From an uncultured Candidatus Saccharibacteria bacterium (lineage in GTDB: Bacteria; Patescibacteriota; Minisyncoccia; Sungbacterales; HO2-52-23): 64,000 nucleotides of DNA. Below the pieces are notes generated by a model, which did not search any database, was not told the DNA's origin, and worked only from the letters and a program-made list of their open reading frames with translations. The DNA is taken from NCBI GenBank assembly GCA_964585475.1, contig CAZPDF010000005.1, positions 3,323 to 67,322 of the forward strand, given 5' to 3'. Position 1 is the stretch's first letter, and each line of letters begins with the position of its first letter. The translations under genes and the position numbers were made by a program. This document shows positions 45,917 to 57,457 of this stretch, piece by piece.

Positions 45917-46435
45917 ATGAATAATCAAGAAAAACATAAATACGCCTACGCTCTTACGAGCGTAGCTTCTACCGGGCTTTCTTTTATAGAAAATTCTTTA
46001 TCGAGCATAATGAACGAAGCAACAGACATGGCTTATTTAAGATCATTCTACATTTTGTTGTCTTACAATTTTGAACTTGTTTTAAAATCAAGAGTAGTAA
46101 TGATAAAAAGTTTTTCTGACAAAAAATCTATAAATAATGAGTTAGGAAAATTAGGTCACGATATAACAAAAATAGGAAAAACTCTCGCCACCAATTTGGA
46201 AGAGTTAGGTGTAAAAGAAATAATCGAGAATGGGAGCCAATATAAAATTGTCACTACTGACAACAAGGAAATTTATATAGAAAACTTTACGAAAATTAGA
46301 TACGATTTTCTCGATGATGTGATGCGTAATGTAGACAATCAAGAACACACACGGATAAAAGAATATGCCGATATATTAGTTTCTATTTTGAGAAAGGCGA
46401 AACAGAAGAACGAGGAAGCAAAAAATCAACCGTAG
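45917..46435 (+). CDS. hypothetical protein with HEPN-like Rx6H motif (AT-rich island gene 3)
   Basis: 172 aa, predicted helical. MRNVDNQEHTR fits the HEPN Rx4-6H catalytic motif. Confidence 0.35.
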   Translation: MNNQEKHKYAYALTSVASTGLSFIENSLSSIMNEATDMAYLRSFYILLSYNFELVLKSRVVMIKSFSDKKSINNELGKLGHDITKIGKTLATNLEELGVKEIIENGSQYKIVTTDNKEIYIENFTKIRYDFLDDVMRNVDNQEHTRIKEYADILVSILRKAKQKNEEAKNQP

Positions 46436-46489
46436 TATCTAGCAAGAACAGTAGAGGGAGCAACCCACGCCGTTTTATAATTCCATCAA

Positions 46490-47686
46490 ATGATCAAATT
46501 TTTACTTAGCATCGGGATCATTATATTTTTACTGGGCGGCTCCTCTTTGTTGTGGTGGGACGAGACCGGTGTTGACGTAGACGAAACGGCGGGCATCGCT
46601 TCGCCTCCGTCTCAACCAAGAATCACCGAGCCGCCGTTGCCGGATGTTACAAAAAAACCAAATGATACCGTTGAGAAAGCTAAAATTCCGGAAAAGGTCA
46701 TAACGCCGGAGATTACGGCGAAGGCGACGTCAACTTCGGATGTTTTACGCTGTTTCGGATCCACGCCGGATCAATTTAAATGCTACCGCGAATATTACGG
46801 TGAACTTATTGCCAAAGATGGAGCCAAGCCCGCAATTATTGATATTAAAGGCAGGTACGCTGATTCGTTCGTGAAGTCCCAGTGCCATCAGCTCATGCAT
46901 ATTATTGGCCGCGCCTCGGCGGATAAATATAAAACCGTAGCTGAGGCGTTTCAAGAAGGCGATCCTTTTTGCTGGTCAGGATATTACCATGGAGTTATGG
47001 AAGGGGTAGCACTACACCTCGGGAGAGAAAAACTTGCGCAGTCTCTTGATATAATATGTGCAGGAATTCCCGGCAAAGAGCGATTCTCGTTTGATTATTA
47101 TAATTGTGTACACGGCTTGGGACATGGCATCATGGCGATTTTGAATGACGAGCTTATGGATACGCTCGCTATGTGCGATAATCTTAGCGGGTCTTGGGAG
47201 CAATCCTCATGCTGGAGCGGAGCGTTCATGGAAAATATAATAGCCAATGGCATAGACCACCGTTCAAAATACTTGAAAGATAACGACCCCCACTACCCCT
47301 GCGACGCCGTAGATGAAAAATATAAAGGCGTTTGCTATATTATGCAGACCTCGCGGATGTTGGCCCTGACCGGTTACGATTTTGTGAGAGTTTATGCGCT
47401 ATGTGCCGCAGCGGAGGAACCCTATATCAATATCTGCTATCAGAGTTTAGGTCGCGATGCGTCTGGCTCAACCGTAAGCGATGTAGAACGAACCAAGGCA
47501 TATTGTCTTCTTGGCAAAGACAACCGTCAGCAATCAAACTGCGTGATAGGGGCGGTAAAGGATTTCATATCCTACTTCCACTCGGATAAACAGGCGCGCG
47601 AATTTTGCTCCGCACTTCCGGAGGATCTTCAGTCGATCTGTACGTCAACAGCGGAGAGTTACTACCTCTCGTTCAGGCCGTCTTAA
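46490..47686 (+). CDS. hypothetical membrane-anchored Cys/His-rich protein
   Basis: N-terminal TM, more than 20 Cys, and a duplicated C.H...H..G segment (CHQLMHIIG / CVHGLGHGIM). Confidence 0.4.
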   Translation: MIKFLLSIGIIIFLLGGSSLLWWDETGVDVDETAGIASPPSQPRITEPPLPDVTKKPNDTVEKAKIPEKVITPEITAKATSTSDVLRCFGSTPDQFKCYREYYGELIAKDGAKPAIIDIKGRYADSFVKSQCHQLMHIIGRASADKYKTVAEAFQEGDPFCWSGYYHGVMEGVALHLGREKLAQSLDIICAGIPGKERFSFDYYNCVHGLGHGIMAILNDELMDTLAMCDNLSGSWEQSSCWSGAFMENIIANGIDHRSKYLKDNDPHYPCDAVDEKYKGVCYIMQTSRMLALTGYDFVRVYALCAAAEEPYINICYQSLGRDASGSTVSDVERTKAYCLLGKDNRQQSNCVIGAVKDFISYFHSDKQAREFCSALPEDLQSICTSTAESYYLSFRPS

Positions 47687-48219
47687 TCCTCGCGTCCTCC
47701 GATACGCCGGAGAATTATGAGTGCGGCCAGCGGCAGGATAAACCACCAGATATGAAGATTTGGATTGGCAAAAAGATTTTTTGTAAGCGGAGCAAGCATT
47801 TTTAATTTGTCCGGGGGCAGAAAGCCAACGAGGATATGAATTAGAAGCCCCACTTGCAGAAAGCTCAACAAAAAAACCTGCCACCACGAAGTTGAGAAAG
47901 CAATGCTTCTTTTGCGCCGTCCGCCAAGCATGAAGGCAAAAAAGAGAAGCAAGGCGATAAAACCCGCAATTTTTATAAGAAAGGCCTCGGCAAAATTGAG
48001 CGACTGCGTCCATCGGTCAACCGGAAGAGAAGAAAAAAGCGCGAAGGCGACATAGGTATACATTATTGATGCCGCAATCCTGACTTTTCCGGCACTTATG
48101 CCATAAAAAAATCCTCCGGCGATCAGGGCAAAAACAGAAATTATATCCCAAGTGGGATGTGAAAGAATTTGCTCGGCGGTGGTTTTAAAATATATAAGCT
48201 CCGTAGGCATTGTTTCCAT
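47683..48219 (-). CDS. hypothetical integral membrane protein
   Basis: 178 aa with about five TM helices. Confidence 0.4.
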   Translation of the reverse strand: METMPTELIYFKTTAEQILSHPTWDIISVFALIAGGFFYGISAGKVRIAASIMYTYVAFALFSSLPVDRWTQSLNFAEAFLIKIAGFIALLLFFAFMLGGRRKRSIAFSTSWWQVFLLSFLQVGLLIHILVGFLPPDKLKMLAPLTKNLFANPNLHIWWFILPLAALIILRRIGGRED

Positions 48220-48243
48220 TATATAGTGCTATCTCTTTAACGC

Positions 48244-48270
48244 AAAATCCCGCCGGAGAGGCGGGATTTT
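48244..48270. terminator. bidirectional terminator-like hairpin aaaatcccgcc-ggagag-ggcgggatttt
   Basis: Perfect stem flanked by A and T runs, downstream of groEL. Confidence 0.45.
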
Positions 48271-48286
48271 GACATCAGCAAGGTAT

Positions 48287-48342
48287 GTTCTCGACAGGCT
48301 CGAACAATATTCTTCGAGCGAGCGAAGCTAGTCGAGAAGCTT
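48287..48342. repeat. palindromic repeat copy B (ttctcgacaggctcgaaca...cttcgagcgagcgaagc) of TTCGAGC/GCTCGAA family
   Basis: It shares 13-14-mers with the copies at 56214-56284 and 61891-61993. Confidence 0.6.
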
Positions 48343-48391
48343 CCTTTTATACCGACCTGCAAGCAGGTCGGAGGTTCATTCTCCGTATTGA

Positions 48392-50215
<1,824 letters not shown>

Positions 50216-50512
50216 TTATTCTAAAACGGCGAGTATATCTTCCTCCCTTGCAATTAAGTATTCTTTATCGTCGACTTTTATCTCATTCGGCCCGTATTTG
50301 GTGAAGAGAACAATGTCCCCTACTTTAACGCTCATGGGGATTCTTTTCCCTTCATCGGAAAGTTTGCCGGGGCCTACGGCAATTATTTTGCCCTGCTCCG
50401 GACGCTCTTTATCGGCGGTCTCGGGCAGATAAATTCCGGTCTTGGTTTTACCCTCCTTGGTCTCGTTCAAGGGTTCAACCACCACCCGGTCATTTAATGG
50501 CTTTATATTCAT
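50216..50512 (-). CDS. groES: co-chaperonin GroES
   Basis: [12 protein letters not shown]...GIYLPE...GKIIAVGPG signature. Confidence 0.95.
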   Translation of the reverse strand: MNIKPLNDRVVVEPLNETKEGKTKTGIYLPETADKERPEQGKIIAVGPGKLSDEGKRIPMSVKVGDIVLFTKYGPNEIKVDDKEYLIAREEDILAVLE

Positions 50513-50587
50513 GAAGCTTCTTAGCTTTTTTAGCTTCTTAGCTTTTTAAGGTGGAGTTCCTAAAAAGCCAATTCCTAACAAGCTATT

Positions 50588-50614
50588 TTAGCACTCTTGG
50601 TGTTCGACTGCTAA
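50588..50614. promoter_or_regulatory. CIRCE operator (HrcA binding site) upstream of groES
   Basis: TTAGCACTC-N9-GACTGCTAA has one mismatch to the consensus TTAGCACTC-N9-GAGTGCTAA. Confidence 0.8.
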
Positions 50615-50716
50615 CCATTATATGAAACCGCAAAATCTTGTCAAGAGGTTACGGGGTTGACCTCGCCGAAAATCTAAGTTTGAATACTAATTAGGGGTTC
50701 TTTATATAGCAAGGGG

Positions 50717-51466
50717 GTGACGGATTTGGGTACCCGCTGGGAACGATGGCGTGAGAAACGGAAGGGCAAACTCAAGAGGCGCTGGGAGCGATGGCTTGCA
50801 AAGCAGGACGAATGGACTCAAAGCGAGATTATCCGACGGGACGAGTGGTTAGAAAATTGGTGTTTGCGTACGTTTAAGTATGGGGTAACCGCTAATCGTC
50901 TGACCGCATGGAGCGCAGGACTCATTCTTCTCTGGATCATTCTTTATGACGGGTTAGGGGCTGATCGCCTCTGGCTTCATCTTCTCCTAGGCGTTGTTAT
51001 AGGAGCAATAGATGCTTGGGACGGATCGCAGGCAAGAAATAACGATAACGTTACCGGTTTAGGTGCGCTCGGTGATCACTTTCGGGATCTTGCCTATGTT
51101 CTCTATATGGAGAGGATCGCGCTTGATTACGGATTATCGCTCTACCCCATTTTTGCTTTTATCGTAGTTGAACTTTTTACGCTCTATTTCAAATGGTGTG
51201 CATTCTACAAATACGCGGGGGGTCTATATGGCTGGGAGAAATTAGCCGAGTTTGCCGAAGACAACTTTCAGAACACGGTATATGACAGGTGGCAGGGAAT
51301 CTTTATTTGCGTAGGGCTTGCTATCTTCGGCATAGGCGCTTCATATAAGGTTTCACCGCTTGAAATCATTGGCATGGGGGTTATCTGGATATCGATCGGC
51401 ATCGGCATAATGAATTTATATAAAGAAATGAAATGGAAACCGTTGCCGCCAGTAGAGCCTACTTAA
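50717..51466 (+). CDS. CDP-alcohol phosphatidyltransferase family protein
   Basis: DAWDGSQARNNDNVTGLGALGDHFRD fits DGx2ARx8Gx3Dx3D. Multi-TM. Confidence 0.6.
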   Translation: MTDLGTRWERWREKRKGKLKRRWERWLAKQDEWTQSEIIRRDEWLENWCLRTFKYGVTANRLTAWSAGLILLWIILYDGLGADRLWLHLLLGVVIGAIDAWDGSQARNNDNVTGLGALGDHFRDLAYVLYMERIALDYGLSLYPIFAFIVVELFTLYFKWCAFYKYAGGLYGWEKLAEFAEDNFQNTVYDRWQGIFICVGLAIFGIGASYKVSPLEIIGMGVIWISIGIGIMNLYKEMKWKPLPPVEPT

Positions 51467-51572
51467 GTCTTAGGGGGATCTAGCTTGACTCAATATAACA
51501 ACAAAAATGCCGCATATTTGCGGCTTTTTATAATCTTTGGTGGAAGATTATGGGCTCGCCCGTGGGTCTTTA

Positions 51573-52142
51573 TTATGCGGCGGGGCGGTGCAGAAGATGG
51601 CCGATTATGCTTAAACTTGCAAACAGGATTGCTGACCAAAGTGTCCATATGATAATTTCTATGGACATAATTTTTATCATACTAACAGGCAGCCCAAGTT
51701 CTACCAAGAGGAGCATTGCAACAAATGCTATCTCGCAGCGCATTTTAATTTTGCCAAAGATATTTGCGCCAAGTCTTTTTGGATCCAGGCCATATTTGTA
51801 AAGCCCAAAGACACCCAAAGACAAAAGTACGCCTTCAAATCCAACAAGGACAGTCCAAAGAGGAATAAGTGTCCCGGGAAGAAGAAACCATGAGGTTGGA
51901 AGAAAAAAAAATTTATCGGCTAGAGGGTCCAGTACTGAACCGAGTGCAGTTACCTCATCAGTTCTTCGCGCGACCCGACCATCCAGCCAATCAGTTAACC
52001 CTAGAGCGAGGAAAAGTATAAATGCTGGGACAAACCTCTTTTCAGAAAGTAAATACCATAGAAGTGGAGACCAAGTGATGCGGCAGAGAGTTATTAGGTT
52101 TGGAAGTTTTTCAAAATCTTTCAGAAAGTTGGCTGAAACCAC
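51573..52142 (-). CDS. CDP-alcohol phosphatidyltransferase (PgsA-like)
   Basis: DWLDGRVARRTDEVTALGSVLDPLAD matches the family motif. 189 aa with four TM helices. Confidence 0.7.
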   Translation of the reverse strand: MVSANFLKDFEKLPNLITLCRITWSPLLWYLLSEKRFVPAFILFLALGLTDWLDGRVARRTDEVTALGSVLDPLADKFFFLPTSWFLLPGTLIPLWTVLVGFEGVLLSLGVFGLYKYGLDPKRLGANIFGKIKMRCEIAFVAMLLLVELGLPVSMIKIMSIEIIIWTLWSAILFASLSIIGHLLHRPAA

Positions 52143-52196
52143 GGAGAAACCTCCAAACTCAACGTGCTATAAAAAGCTGTAGCACATTCTATGTCT

Positions 52197-55184
52197 CTAA
52201 GCAACTTTCTTAAGCCACTGCCCTGTGTAGCTAGCCTTATTGGTAATGATATCCGATGGTTTCCCCTCCGCGACAACATAACCTCCTTTCTCCCCCCCTT
52301 CCGGCCCAAGATCAACTATCCAATCCGCATTTTTTAAAACATCTAAATTATGTTCAATAACAAGCACGGTGTTCCCTTTCTCCACGAGAGCGTGAAGGAC
52401 CTGAAGAAGTTTCCGGATGTCGTCAAAATGAAGTCCGGTCGTTGGTTCGTCAAGAATATAGAGCGTGGTTCCCGTGTCGCGCCTCGAAAGTTCGGTTGCG
52501 AGTTTCACTCTCTGCGCTTCGCCCCCCGAAAGAGTTGGTGCCGGCTGCCCCAGCTTTATATAGCCAAGGCCCACATCTTGAAGTGTCTGCAATTTGGATT
52601 TGATTTGCGGCACGGCGTTGAAAAACTGCAGTGTTTCTTCCACCGACATGCCAAGGATGCTGGCAATATTTTTTCCGTTATACTCAATCTCCAAGGCCTC
52701 ACGGTTATAGCGCGTCCCGCGGCACTCTTCACATTCCACGTAAACATCGGGGAGAAAGTACATTTCTATTTTTTTCACCCCCTGACCTTCGCAGGTTTCG
52801 CACCTTCCGCCCTTTACGTTAAAACTGAAGCGTCCCGGCGTATATCCAAGGGCCCTCGCATCAGAGGTTCGCGCGAATAGACTACGGATAAAACCAAACG
52901 CTCCGGTATATGTTGCCGGATTTGAACGCGGCGTTCTTCCAATCGGTGATTGATCCACCACGACAGTTTTATTTATATGCTCTATCCCAACAATCTCTTT
53001 ATGTGCGCCTGGAAATACATGAGCTCGATGGAGTTTCGCGAGGAGTGCTTTAGCCAAGACGTCATTTACCAGTGTAGATTTGCCCGAACCCGAAACCCCG
53101 GCAACGCACACAAACTTGCCCAGCGGAATTTTTACGTCAATATTTTTAAGATTGTGCTCCGTTGCCCCTTTAATGGTAAGATATTTATCGCTAATCAGCC
53201 GCGAATTTTTACCCGAATCTTTGCTCGCCGCTTCGTTTCTATTCGAGATAATTTGAGATGAAATTTGAGATTGATTAGTGACTAACACTCTTTTCCTCCC
53301 GGAAAGGTACTCCCCCGTAAGAGTTTTTGCTCGAAAGAGTTTCTTGGGGTTACCCGTAAATATAACTTCGCCGCCGTGTTTTCCCGCGCCGTGGCCAAGA
53401 TCAATTATCCAATCGGCCGAACGCATGGTCTCCGCGTCATGCTCCACCACAATGACCGTATTTCCCAAATCGCGTAGGTCTTTTAAGGTAGCAATCAGCC
53501 GCGCATGGTCCCGTGGATGAAGACCGACCGATGGTTCGTCCAGTACATAAATAATCCCTGTCAGGCGCGAGCCGATTTGGGTGGCAAGTTGTATCCGTTG
53601 TGCCTCTCCGCCAGCCAGTGTCGTTGAATCCCGGGCGATGGTTAAATACTCAAGTCCCACATCGCGCAAGAATTCGAGGCGCTTCAGAATTTCTTTTACC
53701 AATGGAGTTGCGATTTTAAGATCTCCAGAAGATAATTTCGGTGACTTTCCTTTTAGAAGTTCTTTGAAATAATTGCCGGCTGTTTCTATATTTTTTTCGC
53801 TAAGTGACGCTATATTTTCCTCCCCGATTTTTACTCCAAGTGCTTCTGGTCTTAAGCGACGCCCATTACAAGAAGGACAAGTTTTTATAATCATATATTT
53901 CTCTATCTCGGCCCGGGTAAATTCCGAATCGGTTTCCTTCCATCTGCGTTTAAGGTTGGGTATTACACCTTCAAATACGCCGCTTGAACGCGTCTCCTTA
54001 ATTTCTCCTCCCTCCTCCCCGTTAAGAATGATGTCGATCGCCTGTTGAGAAAGTTTCCCTACGGGCGAATTTAAGGAGAATTTATGGCGCTTGGCAACGT
54101 CCTCCAGAATCCACCAATACCAACTCTGCCGTCCGAGGCGATGCGAGGCAGAAGCCCAAGGGCGGATCGCGCCTTCGGCAAGGGTGAGACGCTTATTTGG
54201 AATTACGAGTTCAGGGTCAACTTCGAGAGTGGAACCTAGGCCGGTGCACATAGGGCATGCTCCGTAAGGGCTGTTGAAAGAGAACGTGCGCGGCTCAATC
54301 TCCGGCAGATTTATGCCGCAGGCAGAACAGGCAAAATGTTCGGAGAAAATATAATCGCTAATCGAACTCGAATTTTCTCCCGAATACTCGCGGATCTTTT
54401 TTGCATCATTTGAGATCATTCGAGACGGAATTCGCGATTGATTAGGGACATTTACCACCATCGCCCCTTTACCAATTTTAAGGGCGGTTTCCAGAGAATC
54501 GCGGATCCGCGCGCGATCAATATCGGTACCAAGCGTAAAACGATCCACCACTACCTCGATTGTATGTTTCTTTTTTTTGTCTAGGGTTGCTGCAAGAGCG
54601 TCGTCGAGGAGTTTCAACTCTCTGTCAATGCGTACACGCAAAAACCCGCCCCGCTTTACCTCCTCAAGAATTTGTTTGTGCTCGCCTTTTTTTCCACGAA
54701 CGAGAGGGGCCAGAATAATTATTTCCTGTTTCTTGGGAAGTTTTGAAACTGCCGATAAAATTTCGTCCACCGTCTGGCGGCCTATAGGCTTATTGCAACT
54801 CGGACAGTGAGGTTTGCCGACACGCGCAAATAGGATCCGCATATAGTCATAAATTTCGGTGATAGTCCCGACGGTGGAGCGCGGGTTTTTGGAAACAGAT
54901 TTCTGATCAATGGAAATTGCCGGCGAAAGTCCTTCAATGGATTCAACATCCGGCTTATCCTTTACGCCCAAAAATTGGCGTGCGTATGAGGAGAGTGATT
55001 CTACATAGCGGCGTTCGGCCTCGGCATAAACAGTATCAAAAGCCAACGAGGATTTTCCAGAGCCGGAAAGGCCGGTTATCACCACGAGTTTATTCTTCGG
55101 GATATCAACGTCAATATTTTTCAGGTTATGCACCCGTGCGCCGCGAATTCTTATGAAATCCGAGAGTTCCTTTGCCATAGCCAT
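52197..55184 (-). CDS. uvrA: excinuclease ABC subunit A
   Basis: Two ABC modules ([14 protein letters not shown] and [13 protein letters not shown]), Zn-finger Cys pairs, and the N-terminal [19 protein letters not shown]. Confidence 0.95.
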   Translation of the reverse strand: MAMAKELSDFIRIRGARVHNLKNIDVDIPKNKLVVITGLSGSGKSSLAFDTVYAEAERRYVESLSSYARQFLGVKDKPDVESIEGLSPAISIDQKSVSKNPRSTVGTITEIYDYMRILFARVGKPHCPSCNKPIGRQTVDEILSAVSKLPKKQEIIILAPLVRGKKGEHKQILEEVKRGGFLRVRIDRELKLLDDALAATLDKKKKHTIEVVVDRFTLGTDIDRARIRDSLETALKIGKGAMVVNVPNQSRIPSRMISNDAKKIREYSGENSSSISDYIFSEHFACSACGINLPEIEPRTFSFNSPYGACPMCTGLGSTLEVDPELVIPNKRLTLAEGAIRPWASASHRLGRQSWYWWILEDVAKRHKFSLNSPVGKLSQQAIDIILNGEEGGEIKETRSSGVFEGVIPNLKRRWKETDSEFTRAEIEKYMIIKTCPSCNGRRLRPEALGVKIGEENIASLSEKNIETAGNYFKELLKGKSPKLSSGDLKIATPLVKEILKRLEFLRDVGLEYLTIARDSTTLAGGEAQRIQLATQIGSRLTGIIYVLDEPSVGLHPRDHARLIATLKDLRDLGNTVIVVEHDAETMRSADWIIDLGHGAGKHGGEVIFTGNPKKLFRAKTLTGEYLSGRKRVLVTNQSQISSQIISNRNEAASKDSGKNSRLISDKYLTIKGATEHNLKNIDVKIPLGKFVCVAGVSGSGKSTLVNDVLAKALLAKLHRAHVFPGAHKEIVGIEHINKTVVVDQSPIGRTPRSNPATYTGAFGFIRSLFARTSDARALGYTPGRFSFNVKGGRCETCEGQGVKKIEMYFLPDVYVECEECRGTRYNREALEIEYNGKNIASILGMSVEETLQFFNAVPQIKSKLQTLQDVGLGYIKLGQPAPTLSGGEAQRVKLATELSRRDTGTTLYILDEPTTGLHFDDIRKLLQVLHALVEKGNTVLVIEHNLDVLKNADWIVDLGPEGGEKGGYVVAEGKPSDIITNKASYTGQWLKKVA

Positions 55185-55229
55185 ACATCCTACAGCATTT
55201 TTTTGAATAAATCAAGAAGCAAAATCCCG

Positions 55230-55871
55230 TCAGCGAGACGGGATACGAATTGGTACGGGCTGGGGGCGAGGCATGAATACGTTCCCTAATGAGGCCGCAA
55301 AACTTTCTAGCCATTTCCGCGCTTTTGATTTTGTAGCAGGAGGGAGATCGCAGGACCCAAAGTAAAGCGTAATTACTAACCAAAATAGGAAACTCGCGCC
55401 TAAAACCTTAAAAAAGAGCGGAACATTCGGTGTAGCCGTAGAGATTAGAAAGAACATCTTTAATATGAATGGCGGAATCACTAAGCTACAGAGAATTCTT
55501 ACCGGCGCTAAATCGAATTTAAGGTGATTTGCAAGCGATCGCATTTGTAGATCCTGCACTGTTTTTTCAAGCCGATTTACCCACCGGTATAATAAAATCC
55601 CCGGAACGAGTTCGATAAGTAAACTAGTGGATACGTCTAAATGTTTAGGCTCGTATAGTAAAACCCCGGCAAAATAAACGAGTAAACTAAGCGAGAAGAA
55701 TAGGGCGCTTTGTTTCGCGAACCAGAAACAATCTTGCCCAAATATTTTGTGCCACCAGCAACTGAAGGATTCGAACTTGTTAAGGATCCATTGATCGAAA
55801 GCCATGAGCAAGAGGATCTCCTTGCTGAATTGAGATGTCCACACTATACTCCTAGATATGCTTAATGTCAA
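55230..55871 (-). CDS. hypothetical integral membrane protein
   Basis: 213-aa ORF with about five TM helices. The start is uncertain. Confidence 0.35.
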   Translation of the reverse strand: MTLSISRSIVWTSQFSKEILLLMAFDQWILNKFESFSCWWHKIFGQDCFWFAKQSALFFSLSLLVYFAGVLLYEPKHLDVSTSLLIELVPGILLYRWVNRLEKTVQDLQMRSLANHLKFDLAPVRILCSLVIPPFILKMFFLISTATPNVPLFFKVLGASFLFWLVITLYFGSCDLPPATKSKARKWLESFAASLGNVFMPRPQPVPIRIPSR

Positions 55872-57327
55872 GAAATGGAAGAGGGCGCCGAATACACCCG
55901 GCGTTTATGCATTCCAAAAAGGTTCCGCACAACTTTATATAGGCAAAGCCGTAAATCTTAAAAAGCGGGTTGCTTCATATTTCCGGAAAAATATAAGCGG
56001 CAAAACGCGCGAACTTCTAAAAGAAGCGACAAAACTTGATTGGATCGAAACCGCGTCTGAAATAGAGGCCTTTCTAAAAGAGGCGGAACTCATTAAAAAA
56101 TACCGCCCCAAATATAATATCCTGATGCGGGATGACAAAAATTATTTTTATGTGGGGATTACCCAAGAGCAGTTTCCGAGAATTTTTCTAACCCATCAGC
56201 CCAACCAATATCTTTCGAGTGGAGCGAAGCGAAATCGAGAAAAATTCCATAAGGTAAATTCTCGACTTCGCTCGAACAGTAATTTTACTGGTCCTTTTAC
56301 GAGCGGAAATGCGCTGAAATCAGTCTTGCGGCTTCTGCGCCGTATTTTTCCCTACTGCACTTGCAAAACGTCGCACAGGCGGCCGTGTTTGAATACGGAG
56401 ATTGGGCGATGCCCTGGCTACTGTTGTCTCCAAGGCGAGCTACAACACACCAACATTCTCAAGTATGTTGGTGTGTTGTCAGAGCGAAAAAAAGAATACG
56501 GGACAAATATAAAAAATATAATTGCCGTGCTTTGCGGGAAAAAGAAGCGGATTCGAACGGAATTGAGACGCTCGATGAACGAGGCGGCAAAGAGGGAAGA
56601 CTTTGAAAAAGCGGCAAAAATTAGGGACCAACTCAATGGACTTGAAAATATATTTTCGCATCGGAAATTTTTAGAGGTTGAACCTCCCGTTGGGGGTTCA
56701 ACCTCCCCGAGACTACTATGGCCCAGGGTCGAAAAGTACATCCGGAGTCTCCTAGGAATAAAAAAGCCCATTTCTCGAGTTGAGGGCTATGACATTTCAA
56801 ATATATCGGGGGCCGAGGCGACCGGCTCAATGGTGGTATTTATTGAAGGGAAACCGGTAAAATCCGAGTACCGTAAATTCAAAATTAAGACCGTCCGGGG
56901 CATAAGCGATGTGGGTATGTTACGAGAAGTGGTCGCCCGGCGAATGGCACATGAGGAATGGCAATATCCGGACCTCATGTTAATTGATGGGGGGAAACCG
57001 CAGTTCAATGCGATACTTAGTACGCTCTCTAATCAGTCACGAATAAAAAGATCTCGAATAATCTCGAATGCCCAGCATAAAATTCGAGATATTTCGGGTA
57101 TGAATTCGGGACCGATTAAAGGGATTAAAGTGGCGGCGCTCGCTAAACGCGAGGAGGAATTATATACTGAAGGCGCGGGAAGGCCTATCCGTCTTTCCTC
57201 ACTCCCTGAAAATACTGCCAATTTCTTGAAACGCGTGCGGGACGAATCGCACCGCTTCGCCAAAAAATATCATCATAAGTTACGCGAAATAAGCTTTCGC
57301 AGTAATGCAGAAAAAAGCGAAATCTGA
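55858..57327 (+). CDS. uvrC: excinuclease ABC subunit C (short form lacking C-terminal HhH)
   Basis: GIY-YIG N-terminus (GVYAFQKGSAQLYIGKAVNLKKR), a Cys cluster, and a C-terminal RNase-H-like endonuclease domain. It contains an in-frame palindromic insert. Confidence 0.8.
   Translation: MLNVKKWKRAPNTPGVYAFQKGSAQLYIGKAVNLKKRVASYFRKNISGKTRELLKEATKLDWIETASEIEAFLKEAELIKKYRPKYNILMRDDKNYFYVGITQEQFPRIFLTHQPNQYLSSGAKRNREKFHKVNSRLRSNSNFTGPFTSGNALKSVLRLLRRIFPYCTCKTSHRRPCLNTEIGRCPGYCCLQGELQHTNILKYVGVLSERKKEYGTNIKNIIAVLCGKKKRIRTELRRSMNEAAKREDFEKAAKIRDQLNGLENIFSHRKFLEVEPPVGGSTSPRLLWPRVEKYIRSLLGIKKPISRVEGYDISNISGAEATGSMVVFIEGKPVKSEYRKFKIKTVRGISDVGMLREVVARRMAHEEWQYPDLMLIDGGKPQFNAILSTLSNQSRIKRSRIISNAQHKIRDISGMNSGPIKGIKVAALAKREEELYTEGAGRPIRLSSLPENTANFLKRVRDESHRFAKKYHHKLREISFRSNAEKSEI
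56214..56284. repeat. palindromic repeat copy C inserted in-frame in uvrC (gagtggagcgaagcgaaatcgag...ctcgacttcgctcgaacagtaa)
   Basis: It shares gctcgaacagtaa with copy D and gagcgaagcga with copies A and B. It encodes LSSGAKRNREKFHKVNSRLRSNS. Confidence 0.6.
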
Positions 57328-57457
57328 AAAACGTGCGGCCAAGAAAAAGCGTAGAAAGTACCCCATAAGCGGGCATTCGGTTTTTCTCATTCAAAAACTG
57401 CAACACAAAACGCGTCGGTGATCACCGACGCGTTTTGTAAAGTTTTATGGTTTAATG

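Noticed and set aside
48352-48370. Hairpin ccgacctgc-aag-caggtcgg as groEL terminator
   Set aside because: On the groEL (minus) transcript the stem is followed by an A-rich rather than a U-rich tract. The 48244-48270 hairpin with flanking T and A runs is the better bidirectional terminator candidate.
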